Shown piece after piece: positions 52,901 to 64,000 of a stretch of DNA of 64,000 nucleotides; position 1 is the first letter of the stretch, and each line of letters begins with the position of its first letter. The stretch comes from Phoronis australis (Eukaryota; Animalia; Phoronida), in contig NMRA01000229.1 in assembly GCA_002633005.1 (NCBI GenBank), forward strand, positions 107,371 through 171,370, read 5' to 3'. Both the position numbers and the translations under genes were made by a program. Below the pieces are notes generated by a model. The model searched no databases, was not told the origin of the DNA, and saw only the letters and a list, made by a program, of their open reading frames with translations.

Positions 52901-55900
52901 ACTAACAAGGAAGTTATTTCACTTTACACTAATCATGTAGCATAAGCTTACACTACAAAAGCTTTCTTAATATTAAGCCATTTATGTTACATACTAAGGA
53001 ACATGTTGACAAATCTATGTATTAACCAAATATGTACAAAACTATACATTTCAACGCAGTAAAAGAAATCATAAAGCCTGTAGAATTTGTCTTGAGTCTG
53101 AACTTTCTGCCATTAACTGGGTCACATGACCATGTCTTTTTGTTACAATTTAACAAAAAAGAAAGGTGCATTGATAGCAAAACACAGGTATCAATAAAAT
53201 GACCAAATTTCAATTCACAATTAAATGTTCAAGACAAAATTTGAAAAACACTAACAGTTTACTCAATTATTATTTCATTTTCCTAATTAATGTGGCTTTT
53301 GATTTTTTCCCCAAAATCATCATAAAAAGTGGAGCACCTTAAAAACAATTCCTAACACCGATAGTATGCAAAAGTTTCACATGACTAAAATCGTCCTTTT
53401 CTGATTTATGATGGTCCAGAGTTACATAAATTTGGATATTTTTCTAGAGTTCTACAGATTAACCATGAAGTACCCTAGCGTATGATTTCTAAAACTGTAA
53501 ACTGCATAATAACATTGTAACTAGATGACCTAATCTGTACTGATTCTGCAGTGACAAGTGTGAAGATAACTGGTTTGAAGTGCACTTGGCGGTCAGCTTC
53601 AAAGGAATCATCATTTCAGACTTGACCGTTGTTGTTTTCTTCAATCATCATTTCCATGTAAAACTTTAAGGCCACATTCCAATACGCGAAAGAAACCTTC
53701 ACAATATGCCTAGAGACACATACACGGAGGTCAGAAGAACAATTGACCTATAACCAGGACTTTGAGTGACAGCTTAACTGACCAATCAGAACGCATCATT
53801 CTTAACAAGCATTCATTTCCAAGCCGCCATTTTACCCGACAAAGAACACGTTGCCGGGTAAAACTTATTGTTTGTCGACATTATGTAAAGGGGCGAAGCT
53901 TGCGATAGGTCAATTACTCCGCGGGTAATAGCGATTCAGGTGAAACGCAAACAAGGTTCATACGTACTGAGTGACCTTTGAGCTCTGTTGCAGCAGCAGC
54001 GAAGTCTGGCTTTATCTTCTTGCAGAAACCACACCCTGAAAAAACCATCATCATGTAAATCACATAACTGTGTGAATTCTAACATAATTTGGATGGTGTA
54101 TTGCCATGAACGCATTACATGTCCAGGAAAACGTAACGACAAAGGCACACGCATCCTGCGACATCCACCAAATATTTCAGGTAGGCAGGCAATTTTTCCC
54201 AAAGCTACCGTGACGACATGCGCAAGTCTGTAGTTTACTACAACAACAAGTCAAATTGCGTTACCAAGAAGCACTATGAAACAGATCTGGTCACATTGCA
54301 AAGGGTTACACTTGGAGTAGATAGAAACCAACACTACCCACACGATACACATAATTCAGAGCTACTGGAATTATGGGGTGTATAGTATACCTCACCAATT
54401 TTTGTCAGACTAGTTGGAAACGAGTCGGAAAAATAGCCGAATGGTCTGCTAATTGTTTGCAGACTTAAAGCAGATCATACAGTTGACTGCAGTGCAAACT
54501 TCAAGGAGCCATCTTGAATAACCCCTAAAAAACATTCAGTCCAGTGTTTTCTTATGATTTTCATCAATTTAATTGTAATAACGAAACATTGCTTTCTTGC
54601 AGCCTGAGATGATTTACTACTAGTACTGAATATCTAACCCACATGCGCCCACAGTGAAAACAACTCTAACAGACCGCCACTTGTCTGGTCAAAGTTGATT
54701 GGACAACTGGTCGATGATCAGTCACTTACTCCTTGCCGACCAGTCAAACAAAAATTCTGTATGCTACACACGACCCTTAACCTTTATCCCCATACTTACA
54801 GGGTGCATAAAACATTGACAGTACTGGCTGCTTCTTCGTCCTGAGCAGCTTGCTGAATTCCTGCTCGGTGTCAATGTGTACGACATCACTGGCCGTAGAA
54901 TCTTCCTCCCATGGACTGTCCCCTGTTGGGTCATTGAGAAAGTTCATCAATGACTGCAACAGGAGAAAAGAAGATCAGTCAAGAGTGTCAGCAGGCAGTA
55001 GTGCATCACAGGTGTGTGCGTAAAGAAGCTTCAAATGTGTGCATCACAGATGTGCGCATTAAGACGCTTTAAATGTGATATGCGAGGTTGAAGACATGAC
55101 TATAAACAAACTTTCTAAGTGTTCTCTATTTTTTTGTTTGAGCGCTGCCCTAGAAATCGCTTATGCATTATATCCAGGTTCCCATTCACTTCTTTGCATA
55201 CAATCACTATTAGTAATAAGACCGAGCTCAGAAGAGTAGGAGACACCTTTGTGAAATACTCGATTGTCTGCCAGTAAAGCCGTCTCCCAAAAGGGGGAGC
55301 CCGAAGCTCAAACCACTGAGCCACACCGTCACCTCAGACAGAGTTTTTATGTGTCGCTACGACTTGTTTTGTCGGCACTTGTGTCTTGTGATAAGCTTAA
55401 ATGAAAGTTGACCAACAATGTTTAGGTTTTCATGTGAGAACACCGCTGCGTATTCCTTATAAATAAATTGTGACCAGATCGTATTTGCATTTCAAGTACA
55501 TCTGCAAGTTTCTTACGCGTTTGAATTGTCAGTAATGGAAAAATGTTTCTGTAAGAACTCACTACTTAATTGAGATCGGCAGTAATCTAACATTCAACTT
55601 CAGAGCTCTATGATTGGTCTATTTGGAGTTATATTTTGATTGACGTTTGGCTGTCTCCACCTCTGATGTTCAGTCAAAGAACCATCTTAACTGAACTGAG
55701 TCAAGAAATTCAGGAATGACTTGTCATATCTTCATTATTTAGAAATTCTGAAGTACGTCTAATCGTGGCAGGGAACAAGCTGAGATCAATTTCAAAATAA
55801 ATAGATACGGTTAAAAATTGGTGCTCTCATACTGAAAACCATGATCACAAACAGGTTTTGTGTAATTTAAAGAGATGCTTGATAATTGGTGATTTTGCAC

Positions 55901-58900
55901 CAGTTATGCTTTTCCAGCCAACATGAACTTTGAACATACTTGTGAAGATTCATCCAGTAAACCACGTCGCGGGAGTCCACAGAATGATTATGACAGCATT
56001 TTTCAAAAAAAACTTCAACGGAGCTCCGTCAAAGACTCCATCAAACTAAGGCAACTTCTCTCAAGTATTACACGGCAGTTTAGTCGAACCTTTGTAATAG
56101 CAATTTTGTTGAAATTTAGTCGGAGTTAAAGAACATTATTGTTAATTGGTTATTTGTGAATGGCCTTGCAAGCTACGATGTCACAATTTTGACAAAGTGC
56201 ATGAAGCAACATCTATCGGTATTTCATCGTACACAAGCTAGCATTGAAATGGATACAAGGCAGAAAAAAGGACATAAATTTTGTGCATCAAAACTTGACT
56301 GAATTTCGATGCCAGCAGATTAATCTATATAACTGTGTACTGCCTTTACGCAAAATTTATAGCTTGATCAGATGCATTTACGGTGCATACCGCCAGTTTT
56401 CTTCATTAACAAAGGGGTCGTACGCGCTATACTAAAATCTCACCAACTTAGGGTACAAGACAGAATTGTTTCTGAATTTGTCATACACGGCGACAGGTGC
56501 CACCATATAAGTGTTTTAAATCGTAAATTTTGGGTTCTACACCACAGCTAAACTTGGTGAGACTGTAAAACAAAATTTAATGACAGTGTAAACAAGACGC
56601 ACAGTATTACCTTAACTGTGTGTTTCCTCTCGTAGTCTCTGTTGAACTCGCCGTCCCTAAAGTAACAAGAAAAAGCTATACGGACGAGACTCTTTGTTCA
56701 ACATTCTCACTGATCGTTTGAAAAGCTATCCAAGAGTCCAAGGTTACAAATGAAAGGTCATGTAGGACCTTATCAACAAGTCTATATAATTAGCCGAATA
56801 TCTACAAAACTATAGATTTCAACTCCTATTTTTTAGTTTATATCAGAAAACTATGCCTACCTGGCCCTCGTTACAATTACAATTATCATAATACGTACTC
56901 AGTAAGTGTTCTTATTTTATGAATGTAGAAGGTCTGCAGCATTGACTTTTTATCAGCCTCTTGTTAATCGGGTCTTGAAACCATGTCCTTACAGTAAAAT
57001 TTCGCAAAAAGGAAGATGCAAAACAAATGTTACAGTTTCAACATCATGACCAAATTTCATTAAATGTTTTAAAAGGTTAAAATCTCAAAAACACAGCAGC
57101 TTTCTAATTTACAACTTTGTTTTCGTTCGATGCAAATTTTGTATTTTTTCATGAAAATCACGAAAGTCTAATTTTTGATAGCCCCTCGTACAATAGTAAA
57201 ACATTTTAAAAACACGAGTTTTGGATAATAGTACATAAAGCATGCTATCACTATAAACCCACGTTCTGTTCCAAATGTGGCCTTTTTATTTAAACCTCTC
57301 GGCACTATAAGATTTGTCTCATCTTGTTCCTCTCATTGATCAGAACTGATTCCTGGCTTCTTTGTGCAAGACACCTCATAATTTCTTGAGCCAATGCTCC
57401 GCATGCTGTGACAAGCCAAACTGTGAACTGCCAGCTTTCGATTTGACTATGGCAACTTGTACCCATCAAAATTAGTTTTTTGTGATGGACAGCAGTTATA
57501 TAGCTGCTTTGAATTAGGAAACAGTTCGAGCAAATGAGCATCACACTTCCAGAGTGTAAATTTTAGTGGGAACCTTGTGTCCAGCCAAATTTAGGAAGCC
57601 CTCGTAATTATAGGCTGGTTGAGATGACAATCAATACGCATGAGCCCATATAAACTACCCTCAGGGCGTCTAATGTGAAACAATTCTAGTGCGCCACAAG
57701 GCAAGGGGATGAATGAATAAATTATTGGAGGCACACTGTAAGGATTTCTCATCTTTTAATACGTCATTCAATCTCCTGGTAGAATTCTGTAACGAAGGCC
57801 ATTGGCCCACAATACAAAAAGACAACTGCTACATTTTAAATCCTATCGTGCGTGACAAGTTTTCATGAAATTGAAAAGCAAACACTGCATACTTGGAAAA
57901 ATTAACTGGCTGTAGGTCATCTTTAGCAGAGATCAGTTTTAGTTACTAGGTAACTTGAATACAGAAGACGGCATACAATAATACAATTATTATGTCGAGT
58001 GAATATAGATTAAAAAGAGTTTAGATTAAAAAGAAAAATGTTTCCCATCTTCAATAACATTGGTTGTGAATGGGCACACCCGGGCCTATTCAGTCAATTT
58101 TAAAGCTGAATTTTGCTATGCTGAGCTGGCTAAAAACTTACTCCTTTTACCCTGGCTCATATCAGTGTCACAATAATCTTTACCATGATAGGATTCTATT
58201 GGGGCTGGAAACGCATGTATTGCTTGTGATTTGAGGTGCTGGCTCGTTTGGCAGCAGCTAACGATCGACACTGACAGCAAAACAGGCCAAAATTGCCAAT
58301 ACAACTTCAGTTAGATGTTTCTACTACAAGCGTGCCATTGACACAACTTGTGCACAAGGTGACATTTCTACTGAGGTTATATTCAAAACTGAACACAATT
58401 ATTACAAACTGCACATAAACACGTAATTCTGAGATATCATAAAATGATTATGAAGATTCAACTTTAACGAGTATCTGTTTTCATAAAATATTGTAATGTC
58501 CCTAAAAATCACACCCAGATGAGACAAGATCAGCATCGAACATCATTGCCAACAAAGACACTTGCCACTCCCTGAATTCGCAACATAAAGCAACTCACTC
58601 ATTTGCATTGCCAAAATGACCCAGCAGCCAATCCTATGTAACAACTAGAGCTCCATGCGCAATAAGTTAGGATCCGCTTGAGTTCATTTTATAATAAGTA
58701 TGTCACATAATAAAACAAAGTGATCATTACTTATAGCATATACCACTGGCCAGCTATCATGTTAGTTTCGACACCTGAATGTTTGTCAGCCATCAATTTC
58801 CATTAAAGAGGTCGATTCACAGCTATTTATTTGTAGTTGATATGTATACACATGTGTTGACTGTTAATAAAGATTGCTTATAAACCACATTTCTTTTTAT

Positions 58901-61900
58901 TTCACACCCCATATTCTTCTATTATTCGTTTAAAACACGCTCCCACTTCCCCACAAAATTTCGAGAACAGAAAATTTTCAACTTCGGCTATCTTCGGAAA
59001 CACGTCACGTCCGGAAGCGGACCCGATCACTGCCGAGTCTGTCCATAGGTTTGTACTGGGACTATCTGGCACAAATGGAAGCTTTCTGTTTGTTAGAATG
59101 GGTTTATTATGCAACTTTTGCCAATTAATTCTCTGAAATGTGACACATATGGGCATGGTCATGTGCGTTGCCATAAACATTTCACAGTAGTTAGCAATGA
59201 GTCCTCAATAAAGTGTTCGAGTACAGCCGCACGTCTTTCGCACTGTCTGTCTACGCACGACGTATCACTGATGTTGTGTGCCAATTGCAATACTTATTTC
59301 GACATTAAACACATTTTTATACTTCAACTCGATTAAAAATTTGAAGAACAATGCCGGACTGTTGTGTTATTGGAGGCTGTGACAATGTGTCAGGGTCTGG
59401 GCCTGGGGTGTCATTACATAGGTTTCCCACTAACCCCCAGACTGCGTCGCAACTGGGAAGACTTCGTGAGGTCCACGAGAAAATTTAGTGGAGCGTCGCC
59501 GTATTCGGTGATATGGAGTAAACATTTTTCTGCAGACTGTTTCGAGATCGACAGCCTGCAATCGCAGTATGGTTGGAAACCAAGGTAAGTGAAATTTTAG
59601 GTAATATTCAAAACTGTACATGCTGTCGCTTTGCGGAAGCTAGTAGGCCTTGGGCCACACTAGTAAGCGAACAACATTACTAGTGGCGTATAACATCGAA
59701 GGACACTGTCGGAAGCCGCTTTTCTTTTGAATTACGATTTTTGCAAGATAATTGTGTGTAGTTGCTTGAATGCTACTTACCTGTCGTATTTTTGCATTTA
59801 AATAAACATTATGGGGATTAAATTAATTCGAGTGCGGGTGACTTTTAATGGTTTCGACCCCCTCTCTGTTCAGTAATTACTTAAAATAGATATAAAATCA
59901 AAAATAAGCTTTTGTTATAAAATACAAATTGCAATCCATAACCTACAACAAAACTTATCCCACCTTGCTTTCAACCTACGCAAATCAAGAAACGTAGGAC
60001 AAAACGGCAAATAGTCTTGCATATCGCAGTTTATCCGTCTACCAGTCCCGATGTTTGAAATTGCTTTTTATTTAACTTGAAGTATTATAAATAAATCGAA
60101 AATAAACATATTCGCATTCAAACTCGCGGCATTGTTTTTGTTTTCCACCTAACATGATAAAACGTCTGAAGTTGTGCGGTCATTGTCTTCGGGATGCGCC
60201 GCTGTCTCTCATCCAAAGCGACCGGGACACTTGCAGGCACTGGTTCGAACCTGCAGGGCCCGTTTATGTTGTCAAGAACACGCTCACGATGGTCGTTGTG
60301 CATATTGTCTGTGTCCGACGCTTCATCGTTACAAAAGATTTTCTAAAATTTCCTCGTCGTTGGAAGACTCGTCGCTAAAGCTTTCGTAATCCATGTTGGT
60401 TTCTGCCTTGTGTGACTGCGGTTTACCAGCCGAGTTCATTCCTACAACACAGTTGTCTTCCGGACTCGACATCACAGACGCTTATGTAACCGCCTAGTCT
60501 GTTTTCAGAATTGACTCGGCTGAAGTCGGAGAAGGTCATTACTGCTGGGCTTATCTAATTAATCAAGCTGTGCGGACAGTAACTAGTCCAAGTAACGGGC
60601 TCCTGCAATGCTATTCTTTGAGTTGAAAAGCAGTTGTTTTGGTGTGAAACTATGTCTTTAACCCACAATATTCGCTTGTGTAGCGTGACGTCATTTTGAC
60701 GTTGTGGACCCAGTCAAATTAAATTAAAGTGCCAATAAATAACAACGATAATAATTTGGCCAAATAGTCATTTATGTAGCTCTCTAAGTTACTTTAAAAC
60801 ATTTCAAAAATTATTACCTTGTTAAGGATCTGGTCAATCCCAATCCTTCTGAATTCTCACAATGGGTGCAACCTTTGTCCGGCAACACTGATTAACCCAA
60901 ATACACAATTTTGTAAAAAATTCAAGTGTTAATTGCCCCCGTAGTTATCTGAATTGGAAAAAAATCCAAGACCGGCAAAATTTTCAATTACGTAATGTGA
61001 CTGTGCATTTCTATTCCAATTTGTGGGTTCAAATCGTGACATAATAATGGCAAATACTGTATCACTAAACATTTGAATAGCCCCAGAAAGGAGCTATTTT
61101 TCATCACGGTTAAGTGACTAGAGCATACAGCAGAAATGGGTGAATAATGTGCGAATGGGACGATTAATAACCTCTCAACAGTAGTTTTCAGAAAATGACG
61201 AGGACATTACTTCTCACTGAAAATGGATAAAATCTAAAAAAAATACGACTTTTCAAAATATTAATTGTTTTTTTCGTGCATTCCTTCTGAACTTTCAGCC
61301 TAACTTCAATGAGGCCTAAGGAATCGACGGAAATCTCAACTTCAAGATTTTAAAATCCATGTACATCCGTAAGCCTAACAAAGCACGGTTAAGATGGCAA
61401 CTCACTTGTAGTGCTTCAGTTCAAACGATGATGGCGACGTCTTGACCTTTTTGCATAACTTTTTGGCATCACTGCGAAAAAATATCACACTAAGTCAACA
61501 CACAATGTAATGCTTTTATAAGTAGGCACCAGTAGTACACACTTACAAGGGCCTCGTATTTTAAGAACCAGTTTTCTCCAAAGAATAACAGACATCAAAC
61601 TGGTTCTCAAAATCCAAGACCCCTATGTGGCTGTTGCTCACAGCAACTGTGCTCTGTCTTTGTGAACTTGGCAGGTACTGAGGCTGCGACAAAAACATGA
61701 ACTACCGTGATGGTGCACCACTGTAGTTGCAACTATTTGACAATGAAGCACAGTCGAGTTCCCCTCAACATGGTCAAAGATGATGATTTTGTAATCAAAA
61801 TCAAAAAGAATTTGATACATAATGAGGGATTCAATACAAAAATAAAATAAAATTGCCACTTGGAGATCAGAGTAAAAAATTGATGTTCCCAATACTTTCT

Positions 61901-63575
61901 AAAAAATGAACACATCTGCCAACCTTGATGATTCATCAAGGAGTTTGGGGAACATGGAAACAGAAACCAAAAGATATAAAAACAACAGAAAAGTCTCACT
62001 AAGGGTACAAAAAAGGATAAATCCCTCTAAAACAGGGCAAGTTCCTTCTCCAAAAGTTATATTCCAAATTTCGTTTAGATTTACGGAGATATACTACATG
62101 TTAACAGTTCTTGGTACATATCGAGGCAGCAACAAGAAAAAACAAAACTGCCACCAGGGAAAAAGACTAGTGTCAGACGTGATCCCTTCAATGAGAACAA
62201 CACAATCACTTTGATAATTCTTTGAACCACTTGTCAGAATGAGAAGATGTAGCCGAATCAGACTAGAAAAAAATAATAATAAAAATGACCTCCAGGGGCA
62301 CAAAGTACATTCAATGATTCAATCCACTGAAATTGGGAAGGTGCCCTCGTCATCTCGGCAATAGTCAAGGTGGATTTTGCAAACCAGTTCAACGCCCGTT
62401 ATTGAGAAGAAAAAAACTGATTCTCAAAACGCGGGACCCTTGCATGTGACCATAACTGTCGTCTAATCAGGAAACGATTTGCCAAATTTCATAAAAATCT
62501 GTCAAGGAACATAGCAGATACAGAAGCAAAATAAAAAAATAATATAAGTGGTAGTCAGATTGATTCAGCCTTATTGAAACACAAACACCACATCTTATTA
62601 CAATCTGCACATGAAAAGGAACCAATCAGAGACAGGAAGTAAGACTCTGTTTTCTTCTTAGAATGCTTTGGCAAAGGTGTCAAATTCACTTAGTGTTACC
62701 TGCAGTCAACGAGGATTAGTTTGGCCAAACCCTTCATTTCCTGAGCAACTTGCACTAAAACTGCCATGGTGCTTTTGGGAACAGATTTTTCTGCAAAGTA
62801 AATGTTAAGGACGACAAAGGTAAATTAATCGACCAGAAAAAGACTACAAGTTTCTTTCAACATTTCACTGTGGCAGATCAATTTCAGAAATCTCAAAAAA
62901 CCTTTTAACAACTTAAGACTACGATAAAATCTCACAAATCTCAGATAAAAACTAAATGGCAAAATCTCCTATTTCATTTTTCAAGAGCGCTTAATTTTGT
63001 TGCGAATGTCCATAAATTTTCAAAATTTTATCTGTTGGCAGCTGTGCTACAAAACTTCAACATGGAAAAAATTAGTACTGCATACATTACACAGGAAACT
63101 GACTGTGACAAAATAAAATTTCATTAGTTGGCCATGTTGTGCCGTGAATTGGAGAGATTTTGCTGTACACTAACATTAGACGGAGTCTCTTTAATCATAT
63201 AAGTAATCAATGTCTTGACAACGTAGAACCAGTTTCCGAAACAAGATTTGGAAAAAACTGCTTCCAATTTCTATGTGTTATCCACAAGAAAAACTGTATT
63301 GGGAAACACAATTCTAAAGTAAAAGGGCAGTTGATATTTCAAGATAAAAATGATGCCAAAAAACATTGGCTTTGCCCCAATAAGCCACACCCTAGTTAAC
63401 CCATCAACGTAGACCTACATTGGACCTTGCATCACCTACCTGTTCTACAATAAATAACCATCACATTCGTATTGGTTTTCCATATCTTTTTCAAGTCCTT
63501 ATATTCAGATATCTCCTCGATGAGATATGCACTGGATTTTTTGGCCGAGACTGTGAGACGAGTCGGTAACAAAAG
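34827..63575 (-). CDS. PDIA5: Protein disulfide-isomerase A5 (PDIR)-like with at least five CxxC thioredoxin domains; 5' exon probably outside the window, internal gap
   Basis: Exons 5'->3': 63575-63440, 62790-62700, 61471-61406, 56656-56611, 54953-54800, 54035-53968, 51766-51675, 51028-50960, 49226-49090, 47139-46977, 46406-46388 (cut by n), 44905-44835, 42809-42681, 41640-41454, 40999-40932, 40211-40130, 39941-39929, 39100-39032, 37623-37481, 36183-36076, 34975-34827. PDIR N-domain (IEEISEYKDLKK, VDCSDAKKLCKKVK, KHYKDGEFNRDYER, PWEED), WCGFC plus four WCGHC, C-terminal KQEL. Confidence 0.93.
36076..36183 (-). CDS. PDIA5: PDIA5 exon, domain 5 active site
   Basis: WCGHCKRAKPEFTEAANELAGDSSSALAAVDCTVDK. 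Confidence 0.9.
36593..37281. mobile_element. ~690-bp element with ~120-bp imperfect TIRs in PDIA5 intron
   Basis: TTAAGGTTATCT...TCAACCATTGAAAGTATA versus TATACTTTTAATGGTTGA...AGATAACCATAA. Confidence 0.6.
37481..37623 (-). CDS. PDIA5: PDIA5 exon
   Basis: PTEAVEPPKPKEPGWSDEPSAVNHLTSENFDTFQASRDHVLVMFYAP. Confidence 0.9.
38043..38528. mobile_element. MITE in PDIA5 intron
   Basis: Inverted AAAATCTGTATGGAAGGGGGGGGAAGGCA / TGCCTTCCCCCCCCACACAGATTTT. Confidence 0.6.
39032..39100 (-). CDS. PDIA5: PDIA5 exon
   Basis: NGKEEFDYNKGRQTKDIVNFMK. Confidence 0.88.
39571..39801. repeat. 25-bp minisatellite, about 9 near-perfect copies
   Basis: AAGTTTGGCAAGGTGAAGAGGTATG x9; explains the repetitive ORFs at 39390-39912. 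Confidence 0.95.
39929..39941 (-). CDS. PDIA5: PDIA5 13-nt microexon
   Basis: ttttcag|TA AAA TAT TTC AA|gtaagt supplies IKYFK between GYPT and NG; phases 1 and 2 match its neighbours. Confidence 0.85.
40130..40211 (-). CDS. PDIA5: PDIA5 exon
   Basis: VDGVLAAVDATVEQQVASQYGVRGYPT. Confidence 0.9.
40932..40999 (-). CDS. PDIA5: PDIA5 exon, domain 4 active site
   Basis: WCGHCKAMKPAYAEAALILDTEK. Confidence 0.9.
40986..41345. repeat. Degenerate ~62-bp tandem repeat (6 copies) spanning the intron/exon junction
   Basis: ACAATGACCACACC-like anchors at 40986, 41050, 41112, 41175, 41243, 41305. Confidence 0.8.
41454..41640 (-). CDS. PDIA5: PDIA5 exon
   Basis: EADFVHFMKDPQNP...EEAWSGLEGAELVNHLTDSSF...SVLVMFYAP. 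Confidence 0.9.
42681..42809 (-). CDS. PDIA5: PDIA5 exon
   Basis: VMFAAVDCTTHQSVCQTYDVSGYPTFLYFNYGRDEEKYTGGRE. Confidence 0.9.
44835..44905 (-). CDS. PDIA5: PDIA5 exon, domain 3 active site
   Basis: WCGHCKAAKPHFMQAAAKYKEENK. Confidence 0.9.
45545..45690 (-). mobile_element. Degenerate tRNA-derived SINE
   Basis: Minus strand: TGGTTA..., box-B-like GAGTTTGAGGCC, then GTGTTCTTGAGC...CTCCATTGCTCCAGTC...AAATGAGTACC, a body typical of invertebrate tRNA-SINEs. Confidence 0.45.
45937..46386. repeat. ~38-bp minisatellite with higher-order variants, ending at gap n46387
   Basis: AGGWCACTRTAACCTGCAGTTGGTAATGCARGTGATAAC-like units, about 11-12 copies. Confidence 0.9.
46977..47139 (-). CDS. PDIA5: PDIA5 exon, domain 2 active site
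   Basis: WCGHCKKMKPEYDEAATTMKDEEISGALAAIDVTENKKLGERFDIKGFPTVKYF. Confidence 0.92.
48375..48881. mobile_element. hAT-type MITE with 8-bp TSD
   Basis: TIR CAGGCCTTTATGCAG / CTGGATAAAGGCCTG; perfect TSD ACCCCCGC at 48367-48374 and 48882-48889; internal GGACGCCC repeats. Confidence 0.85.
49090..49226 (-). CDS. PDIA5: PDIA5 exon
   Basis: PKAPEPEKTEESWADADNDVVHLTDDTFDSYMKENPSVLVMFYAP. Confidence 0.9.
50280..50370. repeat. 42-bp tandem duplication
   Basis: CAGTGTTAAACAGTGWAGTATTTATAAMTATGACTGCAGCAY x2. Confidence 0.8.
50960..51028 (-). CDS. PDIA5: PDIA5 exon
   Basis: GGKEKFHFGGERNKEGIVSWMR. Confidence 0.88.
51675..51766 (-). CDS. PDIA5: PDIA5 exon
   Basis: ILAGVDVDKPHMMSLRAQFNITGFPTIIYFE. Confidence 0.9.
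53968..54035 (-). CDS. PDIA5: PDIA5 exon, domain 1 active site
   Basis: WCGFCKKIKPDFAAAATELKGHS. Confidence 0.9.
54800..54953 (-). CDS. PDIA5: PDIA5 exon
   Basis: SLMNFLNDPTGDSPWEEDSTASDVVHIDTEQEFSKLLRTKKQPVLSMFYAP. Confidence 0.92.
56611..56656 (-). CDS. PDIA5: PDIA5 exon
   Basis: DGEFNRDYERKHTVK. Confidence 0.85.
59351..59584 (+). pseudogene. Frameshifted THAP-domain ORF (transposon-derived) in PDIA5 intron
   Basis: MPDCCVIGGCDN...VSLHRFPTNP, then a +1 shift in the C5 run near 59434-59438, then RLRRNWEDFV...SVIWSKHFSADCF. The third Zn ligand Cys is replaced by Trp. Ends at AG|GTAAGT. Confidence 0.75.
61406..61471 (-). CDS. PDIA5: PDIA5 exon
   Basis: DAKKLCKKVKTSPSSFELKHY. Confidence 0.88.
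62700..62790 (-). CDS. PDIA5: PDIA5 exon
   Basis: KSVPKSTMAVLVQVAQEMKGLAKLILVDC. Confidence 0.88.
63440..63575 (-). CDS. PDIA5: PDIA5 5'-most visible exon (end of signal peptide, start of N-domain)
   Basis: cttccag|LLLPTRLTVSAKKSSAYLIEEISEYKDLKKIWKTNTNVMVIYCRT|gtaggt. An in-frame ATG at 63593 is an alternative start. Confidence 0.88.
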
Positions 63576-64000
63576 CTGGAAGAAGAACAACATTATGAAA
63601 TGACGTTTGTTGCGAGATGACCGCAAGTACAGTTGTAGCGAACTGAAACAAGCAAGCTTCATTTAAACTAACATTTTTTTTACCCACATCATTCGCTAGT
63701 TGCGTTTTAAAGTTCGGTCATAGCTAGCCCCGCTGCCCAATCACACACTTGTTAAGCGACATCAGCATTGTGAACTTCTGGACTTTATTTCGCAAACTTA
63801 AGTGAGAATCTCAAGTCATCATGTAACCACCACACATCAAAGCAGGGGCTTAAAATAATACAAGAAGTAAACAGATGTCAATTGGTAATTTTTCAATAAA
63901 AAGGGATGATCCTGTAACTGACTCATGCACACATAACCTGCCCTGATTGTTTGTCTAACCCATAGGTTGGTCTGTTTGACATATCCTGTAGAGCCTATCT

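Noticed and set aside
58116-58304. ORF with a signal-peptide-like N-terminus as an alternative PDIA5 first exon
   Set aside because: Starts at TTG, no homology, and I could not support a compatible splice.

Overview
Eukaryotic, AT-rich, intron-rich and repeat-rich DNA, probably from a highly heterozygous invertebrate draft assembly; most entries in the ORF track are noise. Two spliced genes converge tail-to-tail and were rebuilt exon by exon with phase-compatible GT-AG junctions. (1) On +, a gamma-butyrobetaine dioxygenase (BBOX1)-like Fe(II)/2OG enzyme (about 18.6-29.3 kb, 8 coding exons, 450 aa) with a mitochondrial-type presequence and substituted substrate-pocket residues. (2) On -, PDIA5/PDIR (34.8 to >63.6 kb, 21 visible exons, C-terminal KQEL) with at least five CxxC thioredoxin domains versus three in human. 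PDIA5 also has a 13-nt microexon, an exon cut by an assembly gap, and an intron built from tandem copies of its own acceptor/CGHC junction. The rest is transposon-derived: an Academ-like relic with long inverted arms of ~150-bp units (a second end of the family looks polymorphic at 32.2 kb), CATG-ended MITEs with 5-bp TSDs, hAT, Kolobok, Harbinger and MULE-like elements, a broken THAP ORF, hammerhead-like motifs and probable excision footprints. Four single-n junctions mark uncollapsed alleles. No rRNA, tRNA or CRISPR was seen. No clearly new multi-gene system can be supported from sequence alone.
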